DNA of 64,000 nucleotides, from IMG/VR virus record IMGVR_UViG_3300012943_000028, positions 96,001 through 160,000 of that record. One strand, given 5' to 3'. Positions within the stretch are counted from its first letter, which is position 1. Each line of letters starts with the position of its first letter. Made by a program: the position numbers and the translations under genes. The stretch is from a virus. Lineage: Duplodnaviria > Heunggongvirae > Uroviricota > Caudoviricetes. The notes beneath the pieces were generated by a model. It was not told the DNA's origin. It searched no databases and saw only the letters and a program-made list of their open reading frames with translations. Shown here in pieces: positions 7,266 to 15,541 of the stretch.

Positions 7266-8131
7266 TACTTGCCCTTAGAAACGGTGACCGATACCGAAGA
7301 TGGCTTCACGTTGAACTCGTACAGCGTGTCAAGGAAGCGATCCTGATCATCGAGCATGTCGCTGATGGTTGCCGCTACGACCTTCTTGATCTTTTCTTCA
7401 GATGAAGGCTTGCCTTCGTTGAAGAATGCACGAACGTGGAACGTCATTGGAACGTCCACCTTCACCTCAGTTTCCTTAGGCTTGGCAGCCTCATCAACCT
7501 TTTCCTTGTCATCCTTCTTGTCTTTGCCCTCGCCCTCTTCGTCGTCCTTTGGCTCTTCCTCTTCAGTCGACTTTACGCCGTCCTTGAAGCCAGCGTCATA
7601 GACCTTCATGAGAAGATCGGCGAGCTCTTCCTCGCTCTTACCGACTGCCTTCTTGGCGATCTTCAGAACGATCTTTGGAAGTGAGTTCTCTTCATCCTCA
7701 TCCGTTGGGTCTTCAGCTGAAGCATCACTGTCGTCGGCTGGAAGCTCCATATCTGGGTCTTCGTTGTCATCTACCTTTTTGCGCTCGATGACGACGCCGG
7801 CACGACGTGCTGCCTGCTCAACCTCTTCCTTCATGGTTGCAATCTTCTTCGAGAGCGCATCCTTGGCCTTCTCGAGACGCTCCTTATCCTCACCCTTGAG
7901 CTTGGAACCGGCACGGTTGATGTAGAAGTTCAAGCGTGACATTGCCTTAGCGTGACCACCTGGTGCGGCGAGCAGGCCCTTGACAATCTCAGTTGAGCTG
8001 TTGCTGAAGAAGCCCTCTGGTGGGGTCCACTTTGTGTCGACCTTGGCAACCCACTTCTTGGCCTTCTTCTTTTTGGCCTCCGTGAGAATATCGGCGATGC
8101 CAGCGAGGCGGCCGAGACGTGAGTTTTCCAT
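7265..8131 (-). CDS. multi-domain putative internal head protein with DUF3175-like domain
   Basis: Leader MENSRLGRLAGIADILTE|A. The segment AMSRLNFYINRAG...LEKAKDAL matches my recollection of DUF3175. Acidic linkers separate the segments. Confidence 0.65.
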   Translation of the reverse strand: MENSRLGRLAGIADILTEAKKKKAKKWVAKVDTKWTPPEGFFSNSSTEIVKGLLAAPGGHAKAMSRLNFYINRAGSKLKGEDKERLEKAKDALSKKIATMKEEVEQAARRAGVVIERKKVDDNEDPDMELPADDSDASAEDPTDEDEENSLPKIVLKIAKKAVGKSEEELADLLMKVYDAGFKDGVKSTEEEEPKDDEEGEGKDKKDDKEKVDEAAKPKETEVKVDVPMTFHVRAFFNEGKPSSEEKIKKVVAATISDMLDDQDRFLDTLYEFNVKPSSVSVTVSKGK

Positions 8132-8142
8132 GTTCGTGTTCC

Positions 8143-9045
8143 TTATTTGACGACTTTACCGTCGCTGTCGATCTTGATGGCCTTGATCTGCTCAGGGTCA
8201 AGCTTGACGACGGTGTAGAAATGTGAGCTCTTAGACGTTGGTGCTGAACCCCTGAACGGCGCCCACTTGTCGCCATGGTCGACGACTGTATGCTTTAGAC
8301 CAAGCTTGTCAAGAGCGCTGATGACGCTCTTCGTGTGGCCCTCATGATCTTTACCCATGCGGTAGAAATAGCCACGACGGAAAACGTAGTTTCCATTCTT
8401 GTCCCTTCCACCTACCTCACCATGGTAGCCAACAGAAGACAGCGCCTGTGTAAGCTTCGATGGTGCGCCTTCGTTGATCTGTTCAACGAGGTGCTTGATC
8501 TTTTCCCAGTACGCACCCTTGTCCTTGTGACCTAGACGGGTGGCAGTACGCTCTGCGTGGCCCTTAATGTCGCCAGCAGAAAGATCAGATGTACCACGCT
8601 CTTCAGCGGCGTCCTTCTTGATCTTCGAAAGCAGCTCAGCTGGGGCGAGCTTGTCAAGGCGAGCTTTGTGCTCAGCCTTACCGGCATCACGGCGTGGCAT
8701 TGGAGGAGTGTCGAACGCACCTTCCTGCACCTTGTACGATGCGAGGTAGATGAGCTGAATCAGCTTGAACACCTTAGCAAGCTCAGCGCGCTTTTCGTCA
8801 GAGACGAACTGCTTCCTTTTGTTGACGATGACAGTTGATTCGGCTTCCTTGAAATCAGGAAACGCCTTAGCGCTGTTGACACCGCCATTCTTGCGAGCAA
8901 ATGCCTTCCACTTCTCAGACCACTTTTTGGCAGCGGCAAGGCTGAGGCCAACCTTGGCAGCACCTTTCTCAAGTGTCATCGCCTCGATAATGAGGCGCTT
9001 ATCATTGTTGCCGTTGATGACGAGCAGTTCTTGAAGAAGTTCCAT
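8143..9045 (-). CDS. multi-domain putative internal head protein
   Basis: Leader MELLQELLVIN...LIIE|A and internal LVEQINE|G; directly downstream of the protease. Confidence 0.65.
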   Translation of the reverse strand: MELLQELLVINGNNDKRLIIEAMTLEKGAAKVGLSLAAAKKWSEKWKAFARKNGGVNSAKAFPDFKEAESTVIVNKRKQFVSDEKRAELAKVFKLIQLIYLASYKVQEGAFDTPPMPRRDAGKAEHKARLDKLAPAELLSKIKKDAAEERGTSDLSAGDIKGHAERTATRLGHKDKGAYWEKIKHLVEQINEGAPSKLTQALSSVGYHGEVGGRDKNGNYVFRRGYFYRMGKDHEGHTKSVISALDKLGLKHTVVDHGDKWAPFRGSAPTSKSSHFYTVVKLDPEQIKAIKIDSDGKVVK

Positions 9046-9053
9046 GACGCTCC

Positions 9054-9668
9054 TTACTTCTTGGTAAGGCCATCAACGAACTTGAGAATTGCTTCCTTCA
9101 GGTACTTCTGTGCCTTTGGATCGCCGACGACTGCCTCAGCGAGGGACAGAATCTTTCTGTCTTCCTGAGCTTCACGAACGACGTCTGGGTAGCAGCCTGG
9201 GCCAGATGGCTGGGCTACGATGTCAAGCGTGACGAACGAGAAGTCCTCAACGATGCCCTCATGGTTCACGTTACCGGTACCACGTGAGGAAACGCCGAGA
9301 CGAACACCACCCTCAATGAGGTTCTGAACGATCTGTCCAGATGGGGTGTTGAGAATCTTGCACTTGCCGACGGCGTTGTTGCCGTCCATCCATGCCTCAG
9401 TGATGACGTGCGAAACGTTCTTGAGGTCGATGGAGAGGTTGTCTGGGTGGTTGAGCTCACCCATGATGGACGTACCTTCCTTGATACGACCGTTGATGAG
9501 GCCAACCGCGCGCTCAATCTCAGAGCGTGGGTAGTTACGACCGTTCAAATTCTTCTGCTCGGCTGCCATCATGCGGCCGGCCAGGTAGAGGTTTCTCTGA
9601 GAGTCACGAGACTCAGTAAGCTGTGCCTCACTTGGAGTGAAGTGCTCGATGAGGATTTGCTGTTTCAT
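9054..9668 (-). CDS. gp21: prohead core protease, T4 gp21-like
   Basis: NLNGRNYP, catalytic GELNHP, VSHVI, NTPSG, catalytic GVSSRGTG and DIVAQPS. Confidence 0.95.
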   Translation of the reverse strand: MKQQILIEHFTPSEAQLTESRDSQRNLYLAGRMMAAEQKNLNGRNYPRSEIERAVGLINGRIKEGTSIMGELNHPDNLSIDLKNVSHVITEAWMDGNNAVGKCKILNTPSGQIVQNLIEGGVRLGVSSRGTGNVNHEGIVEDFSFVTLDIVAQPSGPGCYPDVVREAQEDRKILSLAEAVVGDPKAQKYLKEAILKFVDGLTKK

Positions 9669-9721
9669 TGAGGCTCCTTAAGGACTCGGGAATCGCGAGT
9701 CAACCTGAAAGTATTCGTCGG

Positions 9722-9729
9722 TATTTATA
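9722..9729 (-). promoter_or_regulatory. late promoter TATAAATA
   Basis: Perfect T4 late consensus about 54 nt upstream of the protease ATG. Confidence 0.8.
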
Positions 9730-9750
9730 CCGAACTGTCCACGAAGTGTG

Positions 9751-9783
9751 AAAAAGCGCCAGAACTTAGTGTCTGGCGCTTTT
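9751..9783 (-). terminator. terminator after the portal gene
   Basis: AAAAGCGCCAGA-8 nt-TCTGGCGCTTTT, immediately after the portal stop. Confidence 0.8.
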
Positions 9784-9784
9784 C

Positions 9785-11422
9785 TCATGCTTCTGGCTCT
9801 TCGGCTGGCGGTGTTTCTTCAGCTGGCTCTTCAGCACCGGCCTCAGGGGCTGGAGCCTCTCCACCGTCTGGTGGCGGTTCCTCTTCAGCATCGACCTTGA
9901 TCTTGTCACGGTTCTCGTAGACAACTGGGTCGTAAATCTGCTGAATTTCATCAACGGACACAACGCCCTGGATGTTGCGCTCCTGCTTGAGCATTGCCTC
10001 GTTCATCTGGATGTCATCCTTGGTCATGCCAAGGTAGCGTTCCTGCATGTAGCGCTTCGACATGTAGCTCGTCTCTTCAATTGCCTTGAAGGTAGTTACG
10101 AGCTCGGAATCGATTGCTGCACGACGGTAGATGTCAAAGTTCTGCGGCTCAATGAGCTTGAGTGTGAACAGCTCTGGGTCGATGTTGACGCCAGTGGCGG
10201 CAAGGTATGCCTTGAACTGCGCGTCGAACACTGAGTCAACGCTTGCTTGCAGGCGAATAACGAAGTTGGAGAAGATGCGCTCTTCCATGTATGCAACGCC
10301 GCCCTTACCATCGTTGTCAGTTGCGCCTGGTGGCGTCTTCTCTTGACCACGCATGTATGAGGATGGAACGCGCAGTGCACGGAACACGCGGTCAAGGAAG
10401 TAGTCGAGCTCTGGAATTTCCCAGTTGGCACCAGCCGGCAGCGTCTCAACGCGTGAGCCACGGCCTGAGCCGGTGACAGGAAAGAAGTAGTCTTCCTGAA
10501 TCGACTCTGGGTTGTACTGCGAATCCGTCGTCTCATGGTTTGCAGTGTTCGGCATGCGCTTCTGGCGGATGTCGTTGCGAACACCTTCAATGTATTGCTT
10601 CACACGCACTGGTGGCATGTTGCCGACATCGAGGTAGAACACGCGGCGCTCAGGAGCACGCACGATACGATAGATGATGGCAGCATCTTCAAGCATTGAC
10701 AGCTTCTGGAAGTCCTTGAAGGCGGCCTGAAGAACTGACATGCCGAATGGTGCTGAAGAGCCCATATCGTCAGACAGCGTAAAGTGAATCATTGCCGCAG
10801 CCGGCGTAACTTCAACCGCATCTGCAGTTGTATTTGCGCCCTGGTAACGAACACCCTTAACTGAATTCTGGAAGCTTGACGGGCGGATGTGGTAGGCAAC
10901 CTTGTTGCCCTCAGCGTCGACCTCAATGCCGATGACGCGAGTTGGGTCAATGTATTCCCAAGTCTTTGTATCTGAAGTCTTTCTGAAGAAGCAGTCGCCG
11001 TACTTGACCATCATGCGGCAGATGTTGAACACGCGGCGGTTGAGAGTATGGAACTTTGACCAGTGGCGCAGCGCAGCACGCACGGTTGTAACCGTTGTGT
11101 CAGGGATGCTTTGGTTGTCTTCAGTCTGGTAGTTGATGACGAACGGAAGATCATTGCGCTTGTCAGCAGCGGCCATCTCTTCAGCGATGATGTCGAGGGC
11201 GCGGTTGACGTCGCCAAGGTCCATCGAGTCGTACTGCTTGTAGCGCTGCATGCGGGCGGTTGAGCCCTTAAGCAAATTTGAGAACCAGGCAACAGTAGAG
11301 AATGAGGCGTAGCCAGCGCTGTTGAGGTCCATGCCGTCGTCGAGGTTGACGGATGGGCGCTTGTACATCTCCTTGCGAGATGCTGGTGTAATGATGCGCC
11401 AGTAATTTTGCCAGGTGGCCAT
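9785..11422 (-). CDS. gp20: portal protein, T4 gp20-like
   Basis: MLEDAAIIYRIVRAPERRVFYLDVGNMP, EDYFFP, GSRVETLPAG and ALRVPSS. Confidence 0.96.
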   Translation of the reverse strand: MATWQNYWRIITPASRKEMYKRPSVNLDDGMDLNSAGYASFSTVAWFSNLLKGSTARMQRYKQYDSMDLGDVNRALDIIAEEMAAADKRNDLPFVINYQTEDNQSIPDTTVTTVRAALRHWSKFHTLNRRVFNICRMMVKYGDCFFRKTSDTKTWEYIDPTRVIGIEVDAEGNKVAYHIRPSSFQNSVKGVRYQGANTTADAVEVTPAAAMIHFTLSDDMGSSAPFGMSVLQAAFKDFQKLSMLEDAAIIYRIVRAPERRVFYLDVGNMPPVRVKQYIEGVRNDIRQKRMPNTANHETTDSQYNPESIQEDYFFPVTGSGRGSRVETLPAGANWEIPELDYFLDRVFRALRVPSSYMRGQEKTPPGATDNDGKGGVAYMEERIFSNFVIRLQASVDSVFDAQFKAYLAATGVNIDPELFTLKLIEPQNFDIYRRAAIDSELVTTFKAIEETSYMSKRYMQERYLGMTKDDIQMNEAMLKQERNIQGVVSVDEIQQIYDPVVYENRDKIKVDAEEEPPPDGGEAPAPEAGAEEPAEETPPAEEPEA

Positions 11423-11435
11423 GAATTATCCTATG

Positions 11436-14396
11436 TTAGCTGGCCGTCTGACGACCAGTAATGAATGAGTTAGCCGTTGGAACCTGTCTCGATGGCTCAG
11501 AGCGCATGCGTGAAGCGACCTCATTCAGCGGTGCTTCATTACCTGCGGCGGCCATTGCTTGGAGCAGCTTCACCGCCTGGACCATGTTGTCGGCGATTGA
11601 GGACAGGTAGTCATGAGCCGTCATATCCTGAACGGTCATGCTCTTGTTTCCTGATTCATCGGAACTGGTGGTACCAGACAGGTTATTTACTGCTTCCTCG
11701 GTGGTTGACTGGCCTGGTTGAGTGACCGAAGGAGGACGAATTGCGGCAGGTTGAACTGATGCCGCCTCACGAGCGGCGCGAGCAGCTCTACCTCTGGCCA
11801 CTGCTTCCTGCATCGCCTTTTCTTCGGCGACCTGTCTTGCCTTCTCTTCGTCACCATGCAGCCAATCATAGAGACCGAGACCTATCTTGCTGCCAATGCC
11901 AGTCTTCTTCTCAATGAGGGTTCCTAGACCATATCCAGCAGCTCCAGCACCAAGAACACCTGCTGCCGTTCCAGCTGCACCAGTTGTCAGCGCACCAGCG
12001 CCACGAGCCAACATTCCACCGCCACGACCCAAAAGAGAACCGGCCCCGCTAAGAACGGCCCTGCCACCACGTGCAAGGGTTCCTGCTGCACCACCTAGAA
12101 CTCTGCCGCCGAGCCTCTTGGCGCCACCTAGGATGCTTCCGCCTCCCATTAGACCAAGAGAACGTGATGCCGAGAAGGCGCTGATGGTGAGGGCGGCAAG
12201 TGCGGCCGTGCCAGATGTGACGGCGGCAACGAATGAGTTGTTAAGCACCGAAGAAATTTGGTTGAAGATTTGGCTCAAGCCTGCAACGAAGGCTGAACCC
12301 TCGGCGGCCTTTCCAGACCTTGCGAGATCAGCGTCTGTTGCCACGGCACCAGAACGCTCACGACCATAGATCTTCATGCCAGCTTCGATCTGATCTTCAG
12401 CGCCTGTTGTCAAGCGCTCCCACAGGGCTTCAACGCCCTGCTGTGCGCCTGTTCCACCTGTCTCTTGAGCGTTGCGAATCTGCTGTTCACGAGCAACACC
12501 GATCTGACCGTAGATTTGCTGCAGCTGAGTTTGCTCTGCGGCGCTTGCCGTTCTGCCCTTGGCCCTGATACGCATTGCGGCCATCGCCTGCTCATCGCTA
12601 AGGCCTGCCTGCTTTGCTGCAACCATGGTCATTGCGCCTTCACGCATGCGCTGTACAACGCCCGCTCTTGCGGCGCGCTGCTGCGCCTTCAACAGATCGT
12701 TTGCGGCCTCAGTTGAACCAAGCATTACGGCATAGCGATCACGCTCAGCAACTAGGTCTCTCGAGTATGCAACTGCCTGCTGCTGGCTAAGACCAACGAG
12801 AGAGCCCTGAATGTCGGCCGAGCTGAGAAGCTGTGCGTTGAGGCGCATGTACTGCTCAGCAGTAACGTCGAGAACGCCACGAACTCTGCTGAACGACTTC
12901 ATTGAATCATCAATGAACGCATTGAGAGCATCGCCGTTGCGGATGTTGACACCTGCACCGATTGCGCTATCAACTGCCTCAGGAATGATCGCTGAGGCCT
13001 GCTTCATGTTGTAGCCGAAAGTGCGGAACGTTCCACCAAGCTGTGATGACAGCTTGCCAAAGCCATCACCGTAGATGGCCATCGTGTTCTTGTTCTCACG
13101 CATGAACTTGACAGTTTCTTCAAAGCTCATGCCGAGGCGCATGCTTGCTAGCTGAACACCAGCAAAGCTCGCCGGAATACCCTCAGTGTTGAACGACACC
13201 ATCTCCTGCCAGCCCTGCTTGATCGCCTCCTTGAACTTGGCGAAGTGGGCAGCTGCGGCGCCGGCTGCGAAGAGGTTCTTACCGAAATAGCGGAACAGAA
13301 CACCCATCTTCTCACCACGCGACTTAGCGTTATCAAGAGAGGTGTTAAGCCCCTTGATGCTGTAGATGGTCTTTGCAAATGGGCTGTTAGCGGCATTGGC
13401 AGTTGAGTCTGCGCTGCCTGAGAACTTTTTGTTCTGCTTCTGAATCTCAGCAAGGTTTTCAATGGCCTTAGCGAGCTTGGCCATATTGTCTTTAGAATGA
13501 AGCGCTTCGATCTCGGAATGATCGACCTTGCCATTCTTTATAATGCCCTCGCCTACGTCGTAGCCCATGTTTGCCATCTTGGCGATGGCCTCAATGGTCT
13601 TTTTCTTGACTGCCTGCTGGGTCTCGGTGTTGTCACTCAGCATCTTCTCAAGGGCTTCTTTCTCCAGTGATGCGAGATCGCCGAACGAACCAACGTTCAA
13701 GCCCTTGAGCGCCTCGTTAAGCACCACCTCAGTTTCACCAGCAACAAGACGCAGACCAGCGAAGGTGTTCTTGTTGAGACCGCCCTTCACGCTGTTTGTG
13801 GTTTCATCCCATGCACCAAGCGACTTAAGCAGCCCCTTGTTGAGAGAGCCTGCTGCCTTCTGCAGGTCGTTGATCATTTCCTGGTATTCGATGGAACCCT
13901 TCTCGATCTCCTGGCTACCAGCGATCATTGCAGCGCTCAGCATTGATGAGCTGCGTGCCTGCTTGCTGAGATCATTAGTGAGGCTCTTGACCGATGACGA
14001 GTAGTTTCTGAGGTACTCGATCTGATCTGGCACCGACTTGTGCGACATCTCTTCGACCTCACGCTCAAGAGCGCTGAAGGCGACAGATGAACTGCGCAGC
14101 GCTTTCTTGGCACGCGAGAGGGTGTCAACGTATTCTTGATTTGCAGTCTCAACTAGGGTGTTGGTGTCTTCCTGCTTTACAAGCTGCGTCTTCTGAGTTT
14201 TGGCAGCCTGCTCATAGATGTCAGCCAGATCGCCAGTGGCTTCTTCAAGGCGCTTAGTTTCCTTGGCAAGCTTGGCCTCGGCGGCGCTGATTGCCTTGTA
14301 ACCGCCTCTTGGCTTTGGTGCGCTCTTAGATGAGTCGGTCAGAAGGCGCCTGACAGCATCTAGAACTTCTTGGATTTGTTGATCACGCTCGGCCAT
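11436..14396 (-). CDS. probable tail tape measure protein
   Basis: 986 aa, Ala/Gln-rich and helical, with hydrophobic stretches and Gly-rich repeats; divergent from gp26/gp51-like genes. Confidence 0.7.
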   Translation of the reverse strand: MAERDQQIQEVLDAVRRLLTDSSKSAPKPRGGYKAISAAEAKLAKETKRLEEATGDLADIYEQAAKTQKTQLVKQEDTNTLVETANQEYVDTLSRAKKALRSSSVAFSALEREVEEMSHKSVPDQIEYLRNYSSSVKSLTNDLSKQARSSSMLSAAMIAGSQEIEKGSIEYQEMINDLQKAAGSLNKGLLKSLGAWDETTNSVKGGLNKNTFAGLRLVAGETEVVLNEALKGLNVGSFGDLASLEKEALEKMLSDNTETQQAVKKKTIEAIAKMANMGYDVGEGIIKNGKVDHSEIEALHSKDNMAKLAKAIENLAEIQKQNKKFSGSADSTANAANSPFAKTIYSIKGLNTSLDNAKSRGEKMGVLFRYFGKNLFAAGAAAAHFAKFKEAIKQGWQEMVSFNTEGIPASFAGVQLASMRLGMSFEETVKFMRENKNTMAIYGDGFGKLSSQLGGTFRTFGYNMKQASAIIPEAVDSAIGAGVNIRNGDALNAFIDDSMKSFSRVRGVLDVTAEQYMRLNAQLLSSADIQGSLVGLSQQQAVAYSRDLVAERDRYAVMLGSTEAANDLLKAQQRAARAGVVQRMREGAMTMVAAKQAGLSDEQAMAAMRIRAKGRTASAAEQTQLQQIYGQIGVAREQQIRNAQETGGTGAQQGVEALWERLTTGAEDQIEAGMKIYGRERSGAVATDADLARSGKAAEGSAFVAGLSQIFNQISSVLNNSFVAAVTSGTAALAALTISAFSASRSLGLMGGGSILGGAKRLGGRVLGGAAGTLARGGRAVLSGAGSLLGRGGGMLARGAGALTTGAAGTAAGVLGAGAAGYGLGTLIEKKTGIGSKIGLGLYDWLHGDEEKARQVAEEKAMQEAVARGRAARAAREAASVQPAAIRPPSVTQPGQSTTEEAVNNLSGTTSSDESGNKSMTVQDMTAHDYLSSIADNMVQAVKLLQAMAAAGNEAPLNEVASRMRSEPSRQVPTANSFITGRQTAS

Positions 14397-14424
14397 GTGT
14401 CCCCGGGAAGGTATCTCCGATCGC

Positions 14425-14430
14425 TAAATA
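14425..14430 (+). promoter_or_regulatory. late promoter core TAAATA (rightward)
   Basis: Upstream of ATG 14490, inside the ATCGCT/AGCGAT inverted repeat. Confidence 0.65.
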
Positions 14431-14441
14431 AGCGATAGGCA

Positions 14442-14447
14442 TATTTA
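14442..14447 (-). promoter_or_regulatory. late promoter core TAAATA (leftward)
   Basis: Upstream of the tape measure ATG 14396. Confidence 0.65.
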
Positions 14448-14489
14448 TCCAACCTGCCGACATACCCAGAACACATACAGGAGAATCGG

Positions 14490-15287
14490 ATGTCCCAGAC
14501 ACCAAACCCACTCCTTGAAGGGCTAAAGCTACCGGGACGCGTGTTCCAGCTGCCTTCGAGGGGACTTTTCTACCGGAATGGAGAGCTGGCTGACAACATC
14601 TCTAACGGCGAAATTCACGTCCGCCCGATGTCAGCCCTCGATGAGATCAACATGAAGAACCCTGATCAGCTGTTCAGTGGTGCTGCAATCAACACAGTCT
14701 TCAGCCGCTGCGTCGACGGGGTGCTTAAGCCATCCGAACTTCTGTCAAAGGACGTAGACGCCATCATGATGATGCTGCGCACGGTCACGTACGGACCTTC
14801 GTACGAGTTTGTGGCAAAGCACACGTGCGCTGAGGCCAAGGACCACAACTACACATCGAACATTGACAACCTGATCAATGCGATGAAGCTGCTTGACCCA
14901 ACGACGATCAACAGCGTCTACTCAGTAGATGTGGTGGTGGCTGATCGAACCTACAACGTGAGACTGCGCCCTAACAAGTACCAGCAGGTCATCGACCTGA
15001 TCAGGGAAAATGAGAACAAGCAGGAAGTGACGGTTGAGGATCAGCAGAAGAACCTCGTCATGCTTCTTCTAGGCGTGATTGAGTCGGTCAACGGTCTGAA
15101 CGACCGTGAGATGATCAAGGAATGGATCAGCGCAATTCCAACGACCGCAGTTGGTAAGATCGCTGCAAAGCTTGAGAACGTGAACAGCTGGGGTTCAGAC
15201 CTACTCGCGCCGCTGGTCTGCCGTGACTGCGGTGAAAAGTTCAGCGTAGAAATTCCAATCAACCCGGTGTCTTTCTTCACCGAATGA
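14490..15287 (+). CDS. baseplate hub assembly protein, T4 gp26-like
   Basis: LPSRGLFY, VRPMSALDEI, DAIMMMLRTVTYG, HTC and C-terminal CRDC...PINPVSFF. Confidence 0.8.
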   Translation: MSQTPNPLLEGLKLPGRVFQLPSRGLFYRNGELADNISNGEIHVRPMSALDEINMKNPDQLFSGAAINTVFSRCVDGVLKPSELLSKDVDAIMMMLRTVTYGPSYEFVAKHTCAEAKDHNYTSNIDNLINAMKLLDPTTINSVYSVDVVVADRTYNVRLRPNKYQQVIDLIRENENKQEVTVEDQQKNLVMLLLGVIESVNGLNDREMIKEWISAIPTTAVGKIAAKLENVNSWGSDLLAPLVCRDCGEKFSVEIPINPVSFFTE

Positions 15288-15508
15288 TCATGGCTGGCGA
15301 CATGAAGGCGGTCGGCGCCTTCACCGTCAGAATGGGTTCAGAAGTTAGAGCGATCATCAAGTCAGCACAGGATATTTCCTACTTCTCAAGAGGCGCGTGG
15401 CCATACCACACGGTGCTACAGATGACGCAGGCGGAGAGAGAGATGGCAGTTGACTTCATCAACGAACGTCTCAAGATCGCCGCAAAGTCAATGTTCCCAG
15501 TCTACTGA
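15284..15508 (+). CDS. baseplate hub assembly catalyst, gp51-like
   Basis: Small ORF coupled by ATGA to the gp26-like gene; MTQAEREMAVDFINERLK motif. Confidence 0.6.
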   Translation: MIMAGDMKAVGAFTVRMGSEVRAIIKSAQDISYFSRGAWPYHTVLQMTQAEREMAVDFINERLKIAAKSMFPVY

Positions 15509-15541
15509 TCGAGCCCGGAATTCAAACACTTTCAAGGGCAC

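Noticed and set aside
11880-12369. Pro-rich 160-aa plus-strand ORF with repeats
   Set aside because: It is the antisense reading of the Gly-rich repeats of the tape measure gene.
15260-15300. Programmed frameshift joining 14490..15287 and 15284..15508, as in tail assembly chaperones
   Set aside because: No X-XXY-YYZ slippery heptamer is visible; the ATGA overlap is explained by translational coupling of gp26- and gp51-like genes.
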